NCBI GenBank assembly: GCA_963748625.1
Contig: CAVVJT010000003.1
Location: forward strand, 192,001 to 256,000
Direction: 5' to 3'
Source: an uncultured Chloroflexia bacterium
Lineage (GTDB): Bacteria; Chloroflexota; Limnocylindria; Limnocylindrales; CSP1-4
DNA length: 64,000 bases
Shown: in pieces, positions 50,207-59,922 of the stretch
Layout: each line of letters opens with the position of its first letter
Position numbering within the stretch: the first letter of the stretch is position 1
Translations under genes and position numbers: made by a program
Notes under the pieces: generated by a model
Told to the model about the DNA's origin: nothing
The model's input: the letters and a program-made list of their open reading frames with translations, nothing else
Databases searched by the model: none

Positions 50207-51327
50207 GCCTTTCCTCCGCCCGGACGCCGGCCGGCCGATGCCTCGGCGGCGCGCAGCCCGTCCAGCACCGATGCGAGCGCGTCCGGGAGGGGTGCCTCCA
50301 CCCGGACGAGCTTGGCCGAGGTCGGCGAGACGAGCTCCAGCCGCCAGGCGTGGAGGAACAGGCGCTCGAGGCCATCGGGCCCCCTGCGCGAGGTGCCGGT
50401 GCCGTAGACCGGGTCGCCGGCGATCGGGTGGCCCAGCGCCGTCAGGTGGACGCGGATCTGGTGGGTCCGCCCGGTGATGAGATCCAGGTCCAGCAGCGTC
50501 CAGTCGCGGAACCGCTCGCGCACGCGGTAGCCCGTCACGGCGTGCCGGCCGTCGGTGGTCACCGCCATCCGCTTGCGGTCCTTTGGATCGCGGCCGATGT
50601 TGGCCTCGATCCGGCCCACCGCCGCCGAGACCGAGCCCTGCACGAGCGCCTGGTAGGTCTTGCGCACGCGGCGTGCCTTGAGCTGGGCCATGAGGGAGGC
50701 CTGTGCGGCGTCGTTGCGCGCGACGACGAGCAGGCCGGACGTGTCGCGGTCGAGGCGGTGGACGATGCCGGGGCGGGCGACGCCCGCGATGCCGCCGTAG
50801 TGGTCGCCACGGGCGAGGAGGGCGTTGACGAGCGTGCCCTGCCAGTGGCCGGGGGCGGGATGCACCACGAGGCCAGACGGCTTGTTGACGATGAGGATGT
50901 CGTCGTCCTCGTAGACGACGTCCACTGGGATCGTCGGGTCGGGCTCCAGGTGGAACGGGATCTCGGCGGGCGGGACCTCCAGCACGACGGCGCCGCCGCG
51001 CACCTCGGAGTTGGCGCGCAACCGGCGCCCCTGGTCGTCCACCAGGCGGCCGTCAGAGATCAGCTTCTGCACGTACGAGCGCGACAGGCCGGTCCGGTCC
51101 GCGACGAACCGGTCCACGCGCCGGATGATCTCGCCCTCAGGGACCAGGAGCCGGCGCGGGCCGGGCTCGACCGACGGCGGTCCGGACTCCATGCCCGGAG
51201 CCTCACCGAGGTCCTCGCCGCCGTCAAGGTCGGCATCGAGGTCCGCGTCGAGCGCCTCGTCCAGGTCGGGGGTGTCCAGATCGGGGCCGTCGAGGTCGTC
51301 CTCGCGCCCGGGTTCCATGTCAGCCAT
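50203..51327 (-). CDS. rluD: RluA/RluD family pseudouridine synthase
   Basis: S4-like domain, NKPSGLVVHP, GIVHRLDRDTSGL, GRTHQIRVH; acidic N-terminal extension. Confidence 0.93.
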   Translation of the reverse strand: MADMEPGREDDLDGPDLDTPDLDEALDADLDADLDGGEDLGEAPGMESGPPSVEPGPRRLLVPEGEIIRRVDRFVADRTGLSRSYVQKLISDGRLVDDQGRRLRANSEVRGGAVVLEVPPAEIPFHLEPDPTIPVDVVYEDDDILIVNKPSGLVVHPAPGHWQGTLVNALLARGDHYGGIAGVARPGIVHRLDRDTSGLLVVARNDAAQASLMAQLKARRVRKTYQALVQGSVSAAVGRIEANIGRDPKDRKRMAVTTDGRHAVTGYRVRERFRDWTLLDLDLITGRTHQIRVHLTALGHPIAGDPVYGTGTSRRGPDGLERLFLHAWRLELVSPTSAKLVRVEAPLPDALASVLDGLRAAEASAGRRPGGGKA

Positions 51328-51922
51328 CGGCTCCCCACTCCCCCACCCGCGGCACGATCGCGAGGATGATCAGGCAGATGATCGAGACGGTGATCGCCGC
51401 GTCTGCCACGTTGTAGGTGTAGAAGCGCCACTCCCCGATGCCCATGTCGATCCAGTCGAGGACGTAGCCCCACCGGAGCCGGTCGATGAGATTGCCGATC
51501 GCCCCGCCGAGGAGCAGCGCGAGCGCGATCGTGGTCACGATCCCACGCCCGGCCTTCCGGTGGTAGACCACGATCAGAGCCACGACGACCAGGGTGACCG
51601 CGGCGAACGCCGGGGCCGACGCGGGCAGGAGGCCGAACAGGGCCCCGTCGTTGCGCCAGTGGACGAAGGTGAGCCAGTCACCAAGGACGGACAGGCCCGC
51701 CCCGAACTCGATGTTGGCGGCGACCCAGCCCTTGGACAGCTGGTCGGCGACGACCACGCCGATCGCGATGGCCGCGAAGAGGATCCAGCGACGTGTCGAG
51801 GGACCACGCCACGCGCGTGGAGCCGCAGCGGGTCCCTGCGCCACATCGGGCTCCTGCACCGCCTCGGCGGTGTCCGCCGACGTCTGCAGGGGCGGTGTCT
51901 CCTCCGGGGCGGTCTCGGCCAT
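51320..51922 (-). CDS. lspA: Lipoprotein signal peptidase II
   Basis: DQLSK, NDGALFG, GGAIGNLIDR, YNVADAAI. Confidence 0.93.
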   Translation of the reverse strand: MAETAPEETPPLQTSADTAEAVQEPDVAQGPAAAPRAWRGPSTRRWILFAAIAIGVVVADQLSKGWVAANIEFGAGLSVLGDWLTFVHWRNDGALFGLLPASAPAFAAVTLVVVALIVVYHRKAGRGIVTTIALALLLGGAIGNLIDRLRWGYVLDWIDMGIGEWRFYTYNVADAAITVSIICLIILAIVPRVGEWGADG

Positions 51923-51926
51923 GGGC

Positions 51927-54900
51927 TCAGGCCCCCTGGCCGACGCGCTGCAGGGCGATGCGGGCCTCACCCGCCTCAAGCCGCACGGCCACGACGGGCA
52001 GCCCCTCGGGCGGCGCCTCGCGGCGCACCTCGTCGGCAAGGGTCTCGGTGGCCACCGAGTCGAGGTAAGGCTCCACCTCGGTCGCCAGGCCTTCGATCCA
52101 GAGCACGATCCGGTCGTCGAGGTCCAGCTCGGCCTCCTTGCGGAGGTCCTGGACCGCGCGCGTCAGCTCGCGCCCGTCGCCCTCGGCGCGCAGCTCGGGC
52201 GTTAGCGCGGTGTCGATCACCGCCACCAGGCCGTCGTCGTGGGCCACAGCGGTGCCCGGCCGTGGGGTGGCCTGGATCTCAACCTCGTCGGGTGCAAGGG
52301 TCACGCCTGCAAGCGTGACCGACCCGTCGGCGTTGATCGTGAACGCGCCCTCGCGGGCGGCGGCCATGACAGCGGGGATCTGGGACCCGAGCTTCTTGCC
52401 GACCTTGGGCAGGAGGACCTTGACGCCCCGGTCCACGAGCTCGGACTCGTCGCCGATGAGCTCGACCACCTTGACGTTGGCCTCCACCCGGACGAGCTCC
52501 AGGAGCGCGTCCAACTCCCCGATCCGGCGCCCCGGCAGGGCCAGCCAGAGGCGGGCGAGCGGCTGGCGGACCTTCAGGCCGGCCTGGCCGCGCAGGGTCC
52601 GCGCGAGGTCCACGGCCTTGCGGGCCACGGCCATCGCCTCCTCGAGCGCCTCGTCGCGCAACGGGGCGAGCTCCGCGGCCGGCCACGGGGTCAGGTGCAC
52701 CGAGTCGGGGGCATCGGGATCGATGGCCGCGACCAGGTTCCCGTACATGGAGTCCGACACGAACGGGAGGATAGGGGCGACCGTCCGGGCCAGCCCGACC
52801 AGGGCCTGGTGGAGGGTTGCGAACGCGGCGTCGCGATCCGCGCCGGTGGCCCGCGACATGCGCCGGCGCGAGAGGCGCAGGTACCAGGTGGAGAGGTCGT
52901 CGATGTAGGCGTCGATCACCCTGGTTGCGGCCTCGACGTCGTAGTCGCGCAGCCTGGCCTCCACCGCGGCCACCACGCCCGCGGATCGCGAGAGGATCCA
53001 GCGGTCCAGCGGCGGACGGTCGGCGATGGCCGGCGCGCCCGAGGCGGGTGTCCAGCCGGCGAGCCGGGCATAGGTGACGAAGAACGAGTAGACGTTCCAC
53101 AGCACGAGGAGGCCGCGCCGGGCCTCGTCCGCGGCGTGCCAGCCGAAGAGGATGTTGTCCTCGGGCCGTGCGCTCGCATACATCCAGCGCATGACGTCCA
53201 CGCCCATCCGCTCGGCCGCCTCGTCGAACTCGATGGCATTGCCCCAGCTCTTGTGCATGGGCCGGCCGTCCTCGCCGAAGAGGGTGGCGTACCCGAAGAT
53301 CGTCTTGAAGGGCTCCTCGCGCCGCAGGACCGTTGACATCGCGAGCATGGCGTAGAACCAGTTCCGGAACTGGCCGGGGAAGCTCTCCGTGATGAAGTCG
53401 GCCGGGAACCACTTGGCCCAGCTCTCGGGATCCTCGCGGAAGTGCATCGTGGAGAACGGCACGATGCCCGCGTCCAGCCACGGGTTGCCCACGTCCGCGA
53501 TCCGCGAGACCGCCTCGCCGCACGACGGGCAGGCGATCCGCACCTCGTCCACGAACGGGCGGTGTGGCGTATGGCCGTCGAACGCGTCCCAGCCGGCCAC
53601 CGCGCGCGCCTGCAGCTCCTCGCGCCCGCCGATGACGTCGAACGCCCCGCATGCCTTGCAGTCGTAGATGGGCAGGGCGAGGCCGTAGTAGCGCTTCTTG
53701 GAGATCATCCAGTCGCGCATGTTCAGGAGCCAGTCCAGCTCCCGCTCGTACCCGAAGTCCGGAATCCACCGGATCCGGTCCACCACCTCCATGATCTGGT
53801 AGCGGAGGCTCGCGTCGACCTGCTCCTTTGTGAGGGCATCGCGGGGCTGGTCGTAGACCTCGCCCATCGAGATGAACCACTCGTCCACGAGACGGAAGAG
53901 CAGCGGCGTGCTGCAGCGCCAGCAGTGCGGGTAGCGGTGCTTGTACGGCTCCAGGTGGTAGAAGAAGCCGCGCTGCTCCAGGTCGTCCACGACCTGCTCC
54001 GCCACCGCGGGCGCGTCGAGGCCGGTGAGCCAGCCGAAGCCCTGGTAGTAGCGGCCGTCCTCGTCGATGGGGCCCAGCACGGGCAGGCCGATCTCGCGGC
54101 CCAGCTGGTAGTCCTCCGCGCCACAGCCCGGCGCGATGTGGACGATGCCGGTGCCCTCCTCCTCGCCGACCATGTCCCAGGCGACCACCCGGTGCTCGTA
54201 GCCCGTCTCGGCAAAGGCGGCCTGGACGGCCGGCAGCCCGTCGAACGGGCCGGTGTACCGCCAGCCGGCGAGGGTCGCGCCGGTCGTCTCCTCGAGGACC
54301 TTGAAGGGTCCCCGGAGGGCCTGCTTCATGGTGTCCTTGCCCAGCCAGAAGACGTCGTCGCCCTGCTGGACCTTGACGTAGGCGAGGTCGTTGCCCACGG
54401 CGGCCGCGACGTTGGCGGCCAGCGTCCAGGGCGTCGTGGTCCAGACGAGCAGCGCCTCGCCCGGGCGGTCGAGCAGCGGGAAGCGGACGGTGAGGCCCGG
54501 GTCCTCGCGGTCCGCGTAGCCCTCGTTCATCTCCATCTGGGAGAGGCCGGTACCGCAGCGCGGGCACCAGGGCATCGTGTCGTTGCCCTTGTACACCCAG
54601 CCGCGCTTGTGGCACTCGGCGAGGAAGCCCCAGATGAGGTCGTTGTTCTCGTTGCTGAACGTGAAGTAGGACCCGCCCACGTCCGGCATGCCCAAGCGGC
54701 CCACGACCATCTCGACCGTGTCGGTGACCGGACCCTCGGGGCGCTCGATCGTGACGACCTGCGTCGGGTCCTCCTTGAGCGCATCGCGCAGGCGCAGGAG
54801 CTCCGCGGGGTCGTTCCAGTCCATCCAGTAGCCCAGGCGGATGGACTGCTCGGTCTGGCGGGCGGCGAAGGTCAGCACGCGCTGCTTGCACAGGCTTACG

Positions 54901-55247
54901 AACTCCGCGATGCCGAAGTCCTCGATGTCGCGCTTGCTCTTGAAACCGAGGTCCCGCTCGACGTTGACCTCCACCCAGAGGCCCTGGCAGTCGAACCCGT
55001 TCTGGTAGCGCTGGTCCTCGCCCAGCATGGCGTGGAACCGCTGGTAGAGGTCCTTGTAGGTGCGGCCCCAGGCGTGGTGGACACCCATCGGGTTGTTGGC
55101 GGTGATCGGCCCATCGAGGAAGCTGAAGCGGGCATTGCCGGCGTTCTGGGCGCGCAGCCGCGCGAAGGTCCTGCGCTCCGCCCACTCGCGGAGCAGCTCA
55201 TGCTCCTGGGCGACGAAGTCGGGTCGGGCGGTGACGGGCTGGAACAT
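51927..55247 (-). CDS. ileS: Isoleucine--tRNA ligase, type 2
   Basis: DGPITAN..GVHH, GFDCQGL, WTTTPWTL, GTGIVHIAPG, DWMISKKRYYG, PMHKS; type-2-like C-terminus. Confidence 0.96.
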   Translation of the reverse strand: MFQPVTARPDFVAQEHELLREWAERRTFARLRAQNAGNARFSFLDGPITANNPMGVHHAWGRTYKDLYQRFHAMLGEDQRYQNGFDCQGLWVEVNVERDLGFKSKRDIEDFGIAEFVSLCKQRVLTFAARQTEQSIRLGYWMDWNDPAELLRLRDALKEDPTQVVTIERPEGPVTDTVEMVVGRLGMPDVGGSYFTFSNENNDLIWGFLAECHKRGWVYKGNDTMPWCPRCGTGLSQMEMNEGYADREDPGLTVRFPLLDRPGEALLVWTTTPWTLAANVAAAVGNDLAYVKVQQGDDVFWLGKDTMKQALRGPFKVLEETTGATLAGWRYTGPFDGLPAVQAAFAETGYEHRVVAWDMVGEEEGTGIVHIAPGCGAEDYQLGREIGLPVLGPIDEDGRYYQGFGWLTGLDAPAVAEQVVDDLEQRGFFYHLEPYKHRYPHCWRCSTPLLFRLVDEWFISMGEVYDQPRDALTKEQVDASLRYQIMEVVDRIRWIPDFGYERELDWLLNMRDWMISKKRYYGLALPIYDCKACGAFDVIGGREELQARAVAGWDAFDGHTPHRPFVDEVRIACPSCGEAVSRIADVGNPWLDAGIVPFSTMHFREDPESWAKWFPADFITESFPGQFRNWFYAMLAMSTVLRREEPFKTIFGYATLFGEDGRPMHKSWGNAIEFDEAAERMGVDVMRWMYASARPEDNILFGWHAADEARRGLLVLWNVYSFFVTYARLAGWTPASGAPAIADRPPLDRWILSRSAGVVAAVEARLRDYDVEAATRVIDAYIDDLSTWYLRLSRRRMSRATGADRDAAFATLHQALVGLARTVAPILPFVSDSMYGNLVAAIDPDAPDSVHLTPWPAAELAPLRDEALEEAMAVARKAVDLARTLRGQAGLKVRQPLARLWLALPGRRIGELDALLELVRVEANVKVVELIGDESELVDRGVKVLLPKVGKKLGSQIPAVMAAAREGAFTINADGSVTLAGVTLAPDEVEIQATPRPGTAVAHDDGLVAVIDTALTPELRAEGDGRELTRAVQDLRKEAELDLDDRIVLWIEGLATEVEPYLDSVATETLADEVRREAPPEGLPVVAVRLEAGEARIALQRVGQGA

Positions 55248-55402
55248 CTGGCCTCGATGACCGCCTCGCGGATCCTGGGCTGGGCGCGGCGGGGCACCAG
55301 TCTATCGGCAGGGGGCGCGGTTGCGCGGTGCGTGCCCTTCGCGCAGGCGGGCGCTCGTGCGCGTGCGGCCCGAATCACGCTACCGGTGTAGCATTCCGGC
55401 CG

Positions 55403-57256
55403 ATGTCGACTCCCCAGCGGACCCCGCGTTCCCGCTCCCCGTTTGCCGCGGCCTTTCTCTCCCTGATCTTCCCCGGACTCGGCCACGCCTACGCCGGTGC
55501 CTTCATGCGCGCGCTCGGGTTCGCCGCCGCACCGCTGCTCGTGCTCGCCTTCGGGGCTGGCGTCGTGCTGCGCATCGACAAGGCGGAGTTGCTGGGCAGT
55601 CTCGTCAACCAGACCGCCTTGATCGCGATCTTCGTGCTCAACATCCTGGCGCTCGTCTACCGGATCGTCGCCGCCGTCGATGCGTGGCAGGTCGCGCGCT
55701 TCCTGAACGCCTCCGACGCATCAGGCGACGGCCGGGTCGGGCGCGCCAAGCTGCCGCTCCACCCGGTCTCGATCGCGGGCCTGCTCGCCGTCGTCCTGGT
55801 GATGGGCATGGGCCATCTCGCGATCGCCCGCTACAACGTCCTGGCCCTGGACCTCGTGAACTGCGTGTTCTCGGCCGACGGCGAGGAGGCCGACTGCAGC
55901 GACGACGGTGACAACGGCGGCACGGCGAATGCCACCGGGACGCCGGCCGCGGAGACCATGCCGCCCACGGGCAGCCCGGGCGCCAGCGAGCAGCCTGCGG
56001 TGAGCGAGGGTGCGCCCACCCCTGACGCGGGTGCCACCGGCACACTCGCCCCCACCCTGGCGCCCTGGGACGGCAAGGAGCGCCTGAACATCCTCGCGGT
56101 GGGCGTGGATGCGCGCGACGGCGACAGCACCTACAACACCGACACCCTGATCGTCATCTCCATCGATCCCGAGACCAAGCAGGTCGCCATGTTCCAGGTC
56201 CCGCGCGACATGGCGGATGTCCCGGTCCCCGCCAACGCGCGCAGCCTGTGGGGTGCCACCTACGGCGGCAAGATCAACAGCTGGTGGATGCAGAACCGCA
56301 ACCGCACCGACCTCTGGCGTGGGAAGTCCGCCCAGACCCGCGGCTTCAATGCCCTCAAGGGCATCCTCGGTGAGCTGTACGGGCTCGACATCCGCTACTA
56401 CGTCAAGGTGGACTTCGATGGCTACCGCAAGGTGGTCAACACCCTCGGCGGCATCCAGATCAACGTCCAGATCCCGGTCTACGAGTCCACGTACCCGGCG
56501 GCCGGCGGCCTGACCCGCATCTACATCCCGGCCGGTCCCCAGCATATGACCGGCCAGGAGTCCCTGATGTACGCGCGGTCGCGGCACCGCGCCCAGGGCG
56601 GTGACTTCGACCGCGGCCGGCGCCAGCAGCGCGTGCTGCTCTCGCTCAAGGAGCAGATGAACGCCGCCGCGATCATCGACAACCTGCCGAGCCTGGTGAA
56701 GACCTTGGGCGAGTCCGTGAAGACGGACATCCCGGTCGGCGAGATGCCCAAGCTCCTCGCGCTCGCGGAGAGCGTGGACACGAAGAGCATCCGCTCGTAC
56801 GTGTTCGCGCCCAGCTTCTATGCGACGGAGAACGCCAACTCGTCGCGGGGCTACATCATCACGCCCAACGTCGTGCGCATCCGCAAGGCGGTCAAGGAGG
56901 CGTTCAGCATCAAGCCTGCCGTCCTCGCCCAGCGCGAGCGTCTGGGCGCCGAGGCCGCGCGCGTCTGGGTCAAGAACGCCGCCGGACGACCGGGCCTGGC
57001 AGCCGACGTCGCCGAGTATCTCGCCTACTTCGGGGCCGACGCGTCCGCGCCCAACACGAAGAACCCGCCGACCGCCGCCAAGACCAAGATCGTCGTGTAC
57101 AACGGCGCCGAGGCGACGATGCCCGAGACCGTCAAGTACCTGGAGAACAAGTTCGGCGTCAAGGTGACCGTGGCCACGGATCCGACGGTCCCCGTGGACA
57201 TCGTCATCACGCTGGGCCAGGATTCCCCGAACCTCTCGGTGGACGCAGTCGGCTGA
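55403..57256 (+). CDS. LCP family (LytR-CpsA-Psr) protein with N-terminal TMs and LytR_C-like domain
   Basis: NILAVGVD, NTDTLIV, VPRD, YARSRH, DFDRGRRQQ; TAGCAT 8 nt before ATG. Confidence 0.92.
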   Translation: MSTPQRTPRSRSPFAAAFLSLIFPGLGHAYAGAFMRALGFAAAPLLVLAFGAGVVLRIDKAELLGSLVNQTALIAIFVLNILALVYRIVAAVDAWQVARFLNASDASGDGRVGRAKLPLHPVSIAGLLAVVLVMGMGHLAIARYNVLALDLVNCVFSADGEEADCSDDGDNGGTANATGTPAAETMPPTGSPGASEQPAVSEGAPTPDAGATGTLAPTLAPWDGKERLNILAVGVDARDGDSTYNTDTLIVISIDPETKQVAMFQVPRDMADVPVPANARSLWGATYGGKINSWWMQNRNRTDLWRGKSAQTRGFNALKGILGELYGLDIRYYVKVDFDGYRKVVNTLGGIQINVQIPVYESTYPAAGGLTRIYIPAGPQHMTGQESLMYARSRHRAQGGDFDRGRRQQRVLLSLKEQMNAAAIIDNLPSLVKTLGESVKTDIPVGEMPKLLALAESVDTKSIRSYVFAPSFYATENANSSRGYIITPNVVRIRKAVKEAFSIKPAVLAQRERLGAEAARVWVKNAAGRPGLAADVAEYLAYFGADASAPNTKNPPTAAKTKIVVYNGAEATMPETVKYLENKFGVKVTVATDPTVPVDIVITLGQDSPNLSVDAVG

Positions 57257-57277
57257 CGCTCCCGGCGCCACGCAACA

Positions 57278-57320
57278 GAACGGCCCGCCGCCTCCGGGGC
57301 GCGCGGGCCGTCGTCGTTCC
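57278..57320. terminator. GC-rich hairpin between convergent genes
   Basis: acggcccgc...gcgggccgt stem. Confidence 0.4.
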
Positions 57321-57349
57321 GGTGGGGTGCGGGATGGCACCCGCCGTGC

Positions 57350-58315
57350 CTACGCCGTGGTGAGCCAGCCCTGGTACTCGGCCAGCCGACCGCGGACCGC
57401 GGCGAAGTAGCGCTCGCTGATGGCGCGGGAGATCGGGCCGATCTGCCCGGTGCCCACCGCGCGATGGTCAACCTCGACCACGGGGCTCACCTGGACGCCC
57501 GTGCCGCACATGAAGATCTCGTCGCAGACGTAGAGCTCCGAGCGGTCGATCGAGCGGACCTCGGTGGGATACCCGAGGTCCTTGGCCAGGCTCAGGATCG
57601 CATTGCGCGTCACGCCCTCGAGGATGTCGTCCGAGACCGGAGGGGTGAGCACGACGCCGTTGCGGACCACGAAGAGGTTGGCCGCGGAGCCCTCCGACGC
57701 GTGGCCATCGGGGGTCATGACCAGCGCCTCGTCGAAGCCGTTGAGCTCCGCCTCGGACTTCTGGAAGGCCATGTTCACGTAGCCGCCCACCAGCTTGCCG
57801 CGGGCCGGGAGCGCCTCGTCCGCGTTGCGCCGCCAGGATGACGACATGACGCGGATCCCGTGCTCCACGTCCACGTAGTTGCCGAACGGCGTGACGATCA
57901 CGTAGAGCTCGTGCTCAAGGTGATGGAGCCGGACGCCGATCGCACGCGTGCTCTTGTAGAACGAGGGGCGGATGTAGATGTCCTGGCGGAAGCCGTTGCG
58001 GCGCACCGTCTCGAGGACGATCTCCACCAGCTCGTCCACCGGGGGCAGGTTCTCCATCAGCAGCATCTTGGCGCTGTTGCGGATCCGCTCCATGTGCTCG
58101 CGCACGAACAGGACGTGCAGCTCCTGCTGCTCCTCGTTCCAGTAGCCGCGGATGCCCTCGAAGGTGGCCGTCCCATACATGAACGCGTGGGTCATGATGC
58201 TGACCTTGGCGTCCTTCAGCGCAACCCAGTCGCCCTCGAAGTAGGCGATGGAGTCGTCGAGGGTGGTGGCGGGCGCGGGCTGCGCGGGCGTGTCGGAAGG
58301 CTGCTGCGTCAGCAT
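57350..58315 (-). CDS. ilvE: Branched-chain amino acid aminotransferase (PLP fold IV)
   Basis: YGTATFEGIR, K..GGY, EGSAANLF, ILEGVTR, GTGVQV. Confidence 0.93.
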   Translation of the reverse strand: MLTQQPSDTPAQPAPATTLDDSIAYFEGDWVALKDAKVSIMTHAFMYGTATFEGIRGYWNEEQQELHVLFVREHMERIRNSAKMLLMENLPPVDELVEIVLETVRRNGFRQDIYIRPSFYKSTRAIGVRLHHLEHELYVIVTPFGNYVDVEHGIRVMSSSWRRNADEALPARGKLVGGYVNMAFQKSEAELNGFDEALVMTPDGHASEGSAANLFVVRNGVVLTPPVSDDILEGVTRNAILSLAKDLGYPTEVRSIDRSELYVCDEIFMCGTGVQVSPVVEVDHRAVGTGQIGPISRAISERYFAAVRGRLAEYQGWLTTA

Positions 58316-58400
58316 GGGTCGGCTCCAGGTCGGATGCGGCGGACGGCCGCGGATGCCTCGTGGTGCGGGCAGTCTACCACCGCGGATTCACGCTCCCGCA

Positions 58401-58473
58401 GGCGGCGCCCGGCCCCTGTGGGCGGCGCCGGGCCCCTGCGGGCGGCGCCCGGCCCCTGCGGGCGGCGCCCGGC
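58401..58473. repeat. 20-bp intergenic tandem repeat, about 3.6 copies
   Basis: ggcggcgcc(c/g)ggcccctg(t/c)g at 58401, 58421 and 58441, partial at 58461. Confidence 0.92.
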
Positions 58474-58474
58474 T

Positions 58475-59536
58475 TCAGCCGACGGGGATGACGCCGGCGA
58501 CCGCCAGGATCACGATCGCCAGGTAGACCAGGTACAGCGCGCCTCCGACCAGCAGCCACGGCCCGTCCAACCGCGCCCGCCGCCACATGGGCCCGAAGAT
58601 CACGGCCACCGCCGCGAACGCCATGCCGGCCGACAGGAACGCGATCCAGGTCTCCGGGCCCACGTACCACTCGGACGGGGCGAGCAGCAGCGCCACCACG
58701 ACCGGGATGGCGGACTGGAACACCATGGCACCCGTGATGTTGCCCATGGCCAGGGTGTCCTTGCCCTGGCGCACCCAGATCAGCGAGTTGAACTTCTCAG
58801 GGAGCTCGGTGGCGATCGGGGCGATCACCAGGGCCAGCAGGATCTCGCTGACGCCCAGGATCGCCGCCAGGTTGTTGACCGCGCCCACGAACAGGTAGGC
58901 GCCGCCGATGATGCAGGCCAGGGCGACGAGCACCTGCGCGGACACGATCCACATCCGCGGCTCGTGCGGGTCCAGGCGGTGGCCGCGACGGTCGATCCGG
59001 TGGAAGCGCAGGGGCGCAAGCTCGTCGTCGTTGTCCCCTCCTCCTTCGCCCGCGAAGTGGCCCTTCACGTAGTACACGTAGATGCCGATCAGCACGACCG
59101 CGACCGCGACCTTGGCGTAGCCGTACTCGGGCGGCAGGAAGGCGCTCGCGATGGCGATCGCATAGGCGACGACGAAGTAGCGGATGTCGTGGACCAGCAC
59201 CGTGGTGTCCACCACCATCCGGGTCCCCGTGTACCGGCGGTGCCGGAACGCGATCACGCCGACCCCGGTCACGAACATCGCGAGCGTGGAGAGCATGAAC
59301 GGGGCACCGAGGATGGCGCCGATGCCCACTTCGTCGGTGTGCTCGCCAGTGCCGAACACGATGGCGATGATCGGGATCATGGTCTCGGGGAGCGCCGTGC
59401 CCACGGCCGCGAGGACGGAACCCACGGCGCCCTGGCCCAGCTGGAGCTTGCGCCCGAACCATTCGATGCCGTTCGTGAAGAGCTCGGCCCCCGTGAGGAT
59501 CACGACGAACGCCACGGCGAGGAGGAGGACGTCCAT
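58475..59536 (-). CDS. Na+/Ca2+ (CaCA, YrbG-like) antiporter
   Basis: Alpha repeats GTALPE and ATELPE, GNITGA; multi-TM. Confidence 0.88.
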   Translation of the reverse strand: MDVLLLAVAFVVILTGAELFTNGIEWFGRKLQLGQGAVGSVLAAVGTALPETMIPIIAIVFGTGEHTDEVGIGAILGAPFMLSTLAMFVTGVGVIAFRHRRYTGTRMVVDTTVLVHDIRYFVVAYAIAIASAFLPPEYGYAKVAVAVVLIGIYVYYVKGHFAGEGGGDNDDELAPLRFHRIDRRGHRLDPHEPRMWIVSAQVLVALACIIGGAYLFVGAVNNLAAILGVSEILLALVIAPIATELPEKFNSLIWVRQGKDTLAMGNITGAMVFQSAIPVVVALLLAPSEWYVGPETWIAFLSAGMAFAAVAVIFGPMWRRARLDGPWLLVGGALYLVYLAIVILAVAGVIPVG

Positions 59537-59922
59537 CAGGCCCCCATGCCGACGGCGGTGACGATCGAGATCAGGACGACCAGGAGCACGAGGAGCGAGA
59601 TGACGGCGAACCGGCGCTCACCGGTGGCCAGGAACCCGACACCCGCCACGACGACGCGGCCGATGGGAATGGCGATGATGAGCACGATGCCGGCCCACAG
59701 GAACCCTTCGGGCTGCAGCGCCAGCATGGCCCGGATGATGTCCAGCGGGTCGAGGGCCGGTTCCAGCGCATGGTCGAGCGGATCGATGCCCTGGATCCCG
59801 GCGAGGACGATGCCCACGACGATCAGCATCATGGCGGTATAGACGCCCCAGACCATGAACTGGCCGATGCGCGTCTCCAGGCGCGCGGCGACGTCGGAGG
59901 CGGGTGCGCCGGCGCTGCTCAC
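59536..59922 (-). CDS. DUF1634 family membrane protein
   Basis: Three TMs, GIVLIIAIPIGRVV; downstream of TauE. Confidence 0.8.
   Translation of the reverse strand: MSSAGAPASDVAARLETRIGQFMVWGVYTAMMLIVVGIVLAGIQGIDPLDHALEPALDPLDIIRAMLALQPEGFLWAGIVLIIAIPIGRVVVAGVGFLATGERRFAVISLLVLLVVLISIVTAVGMGA

Noticed and set aside
55248-55402. T-box riboswitch upstream of ileS
   Set aside because: The gap is only about 155 bp, shared with a divergent promoter, and has no T-box consensus
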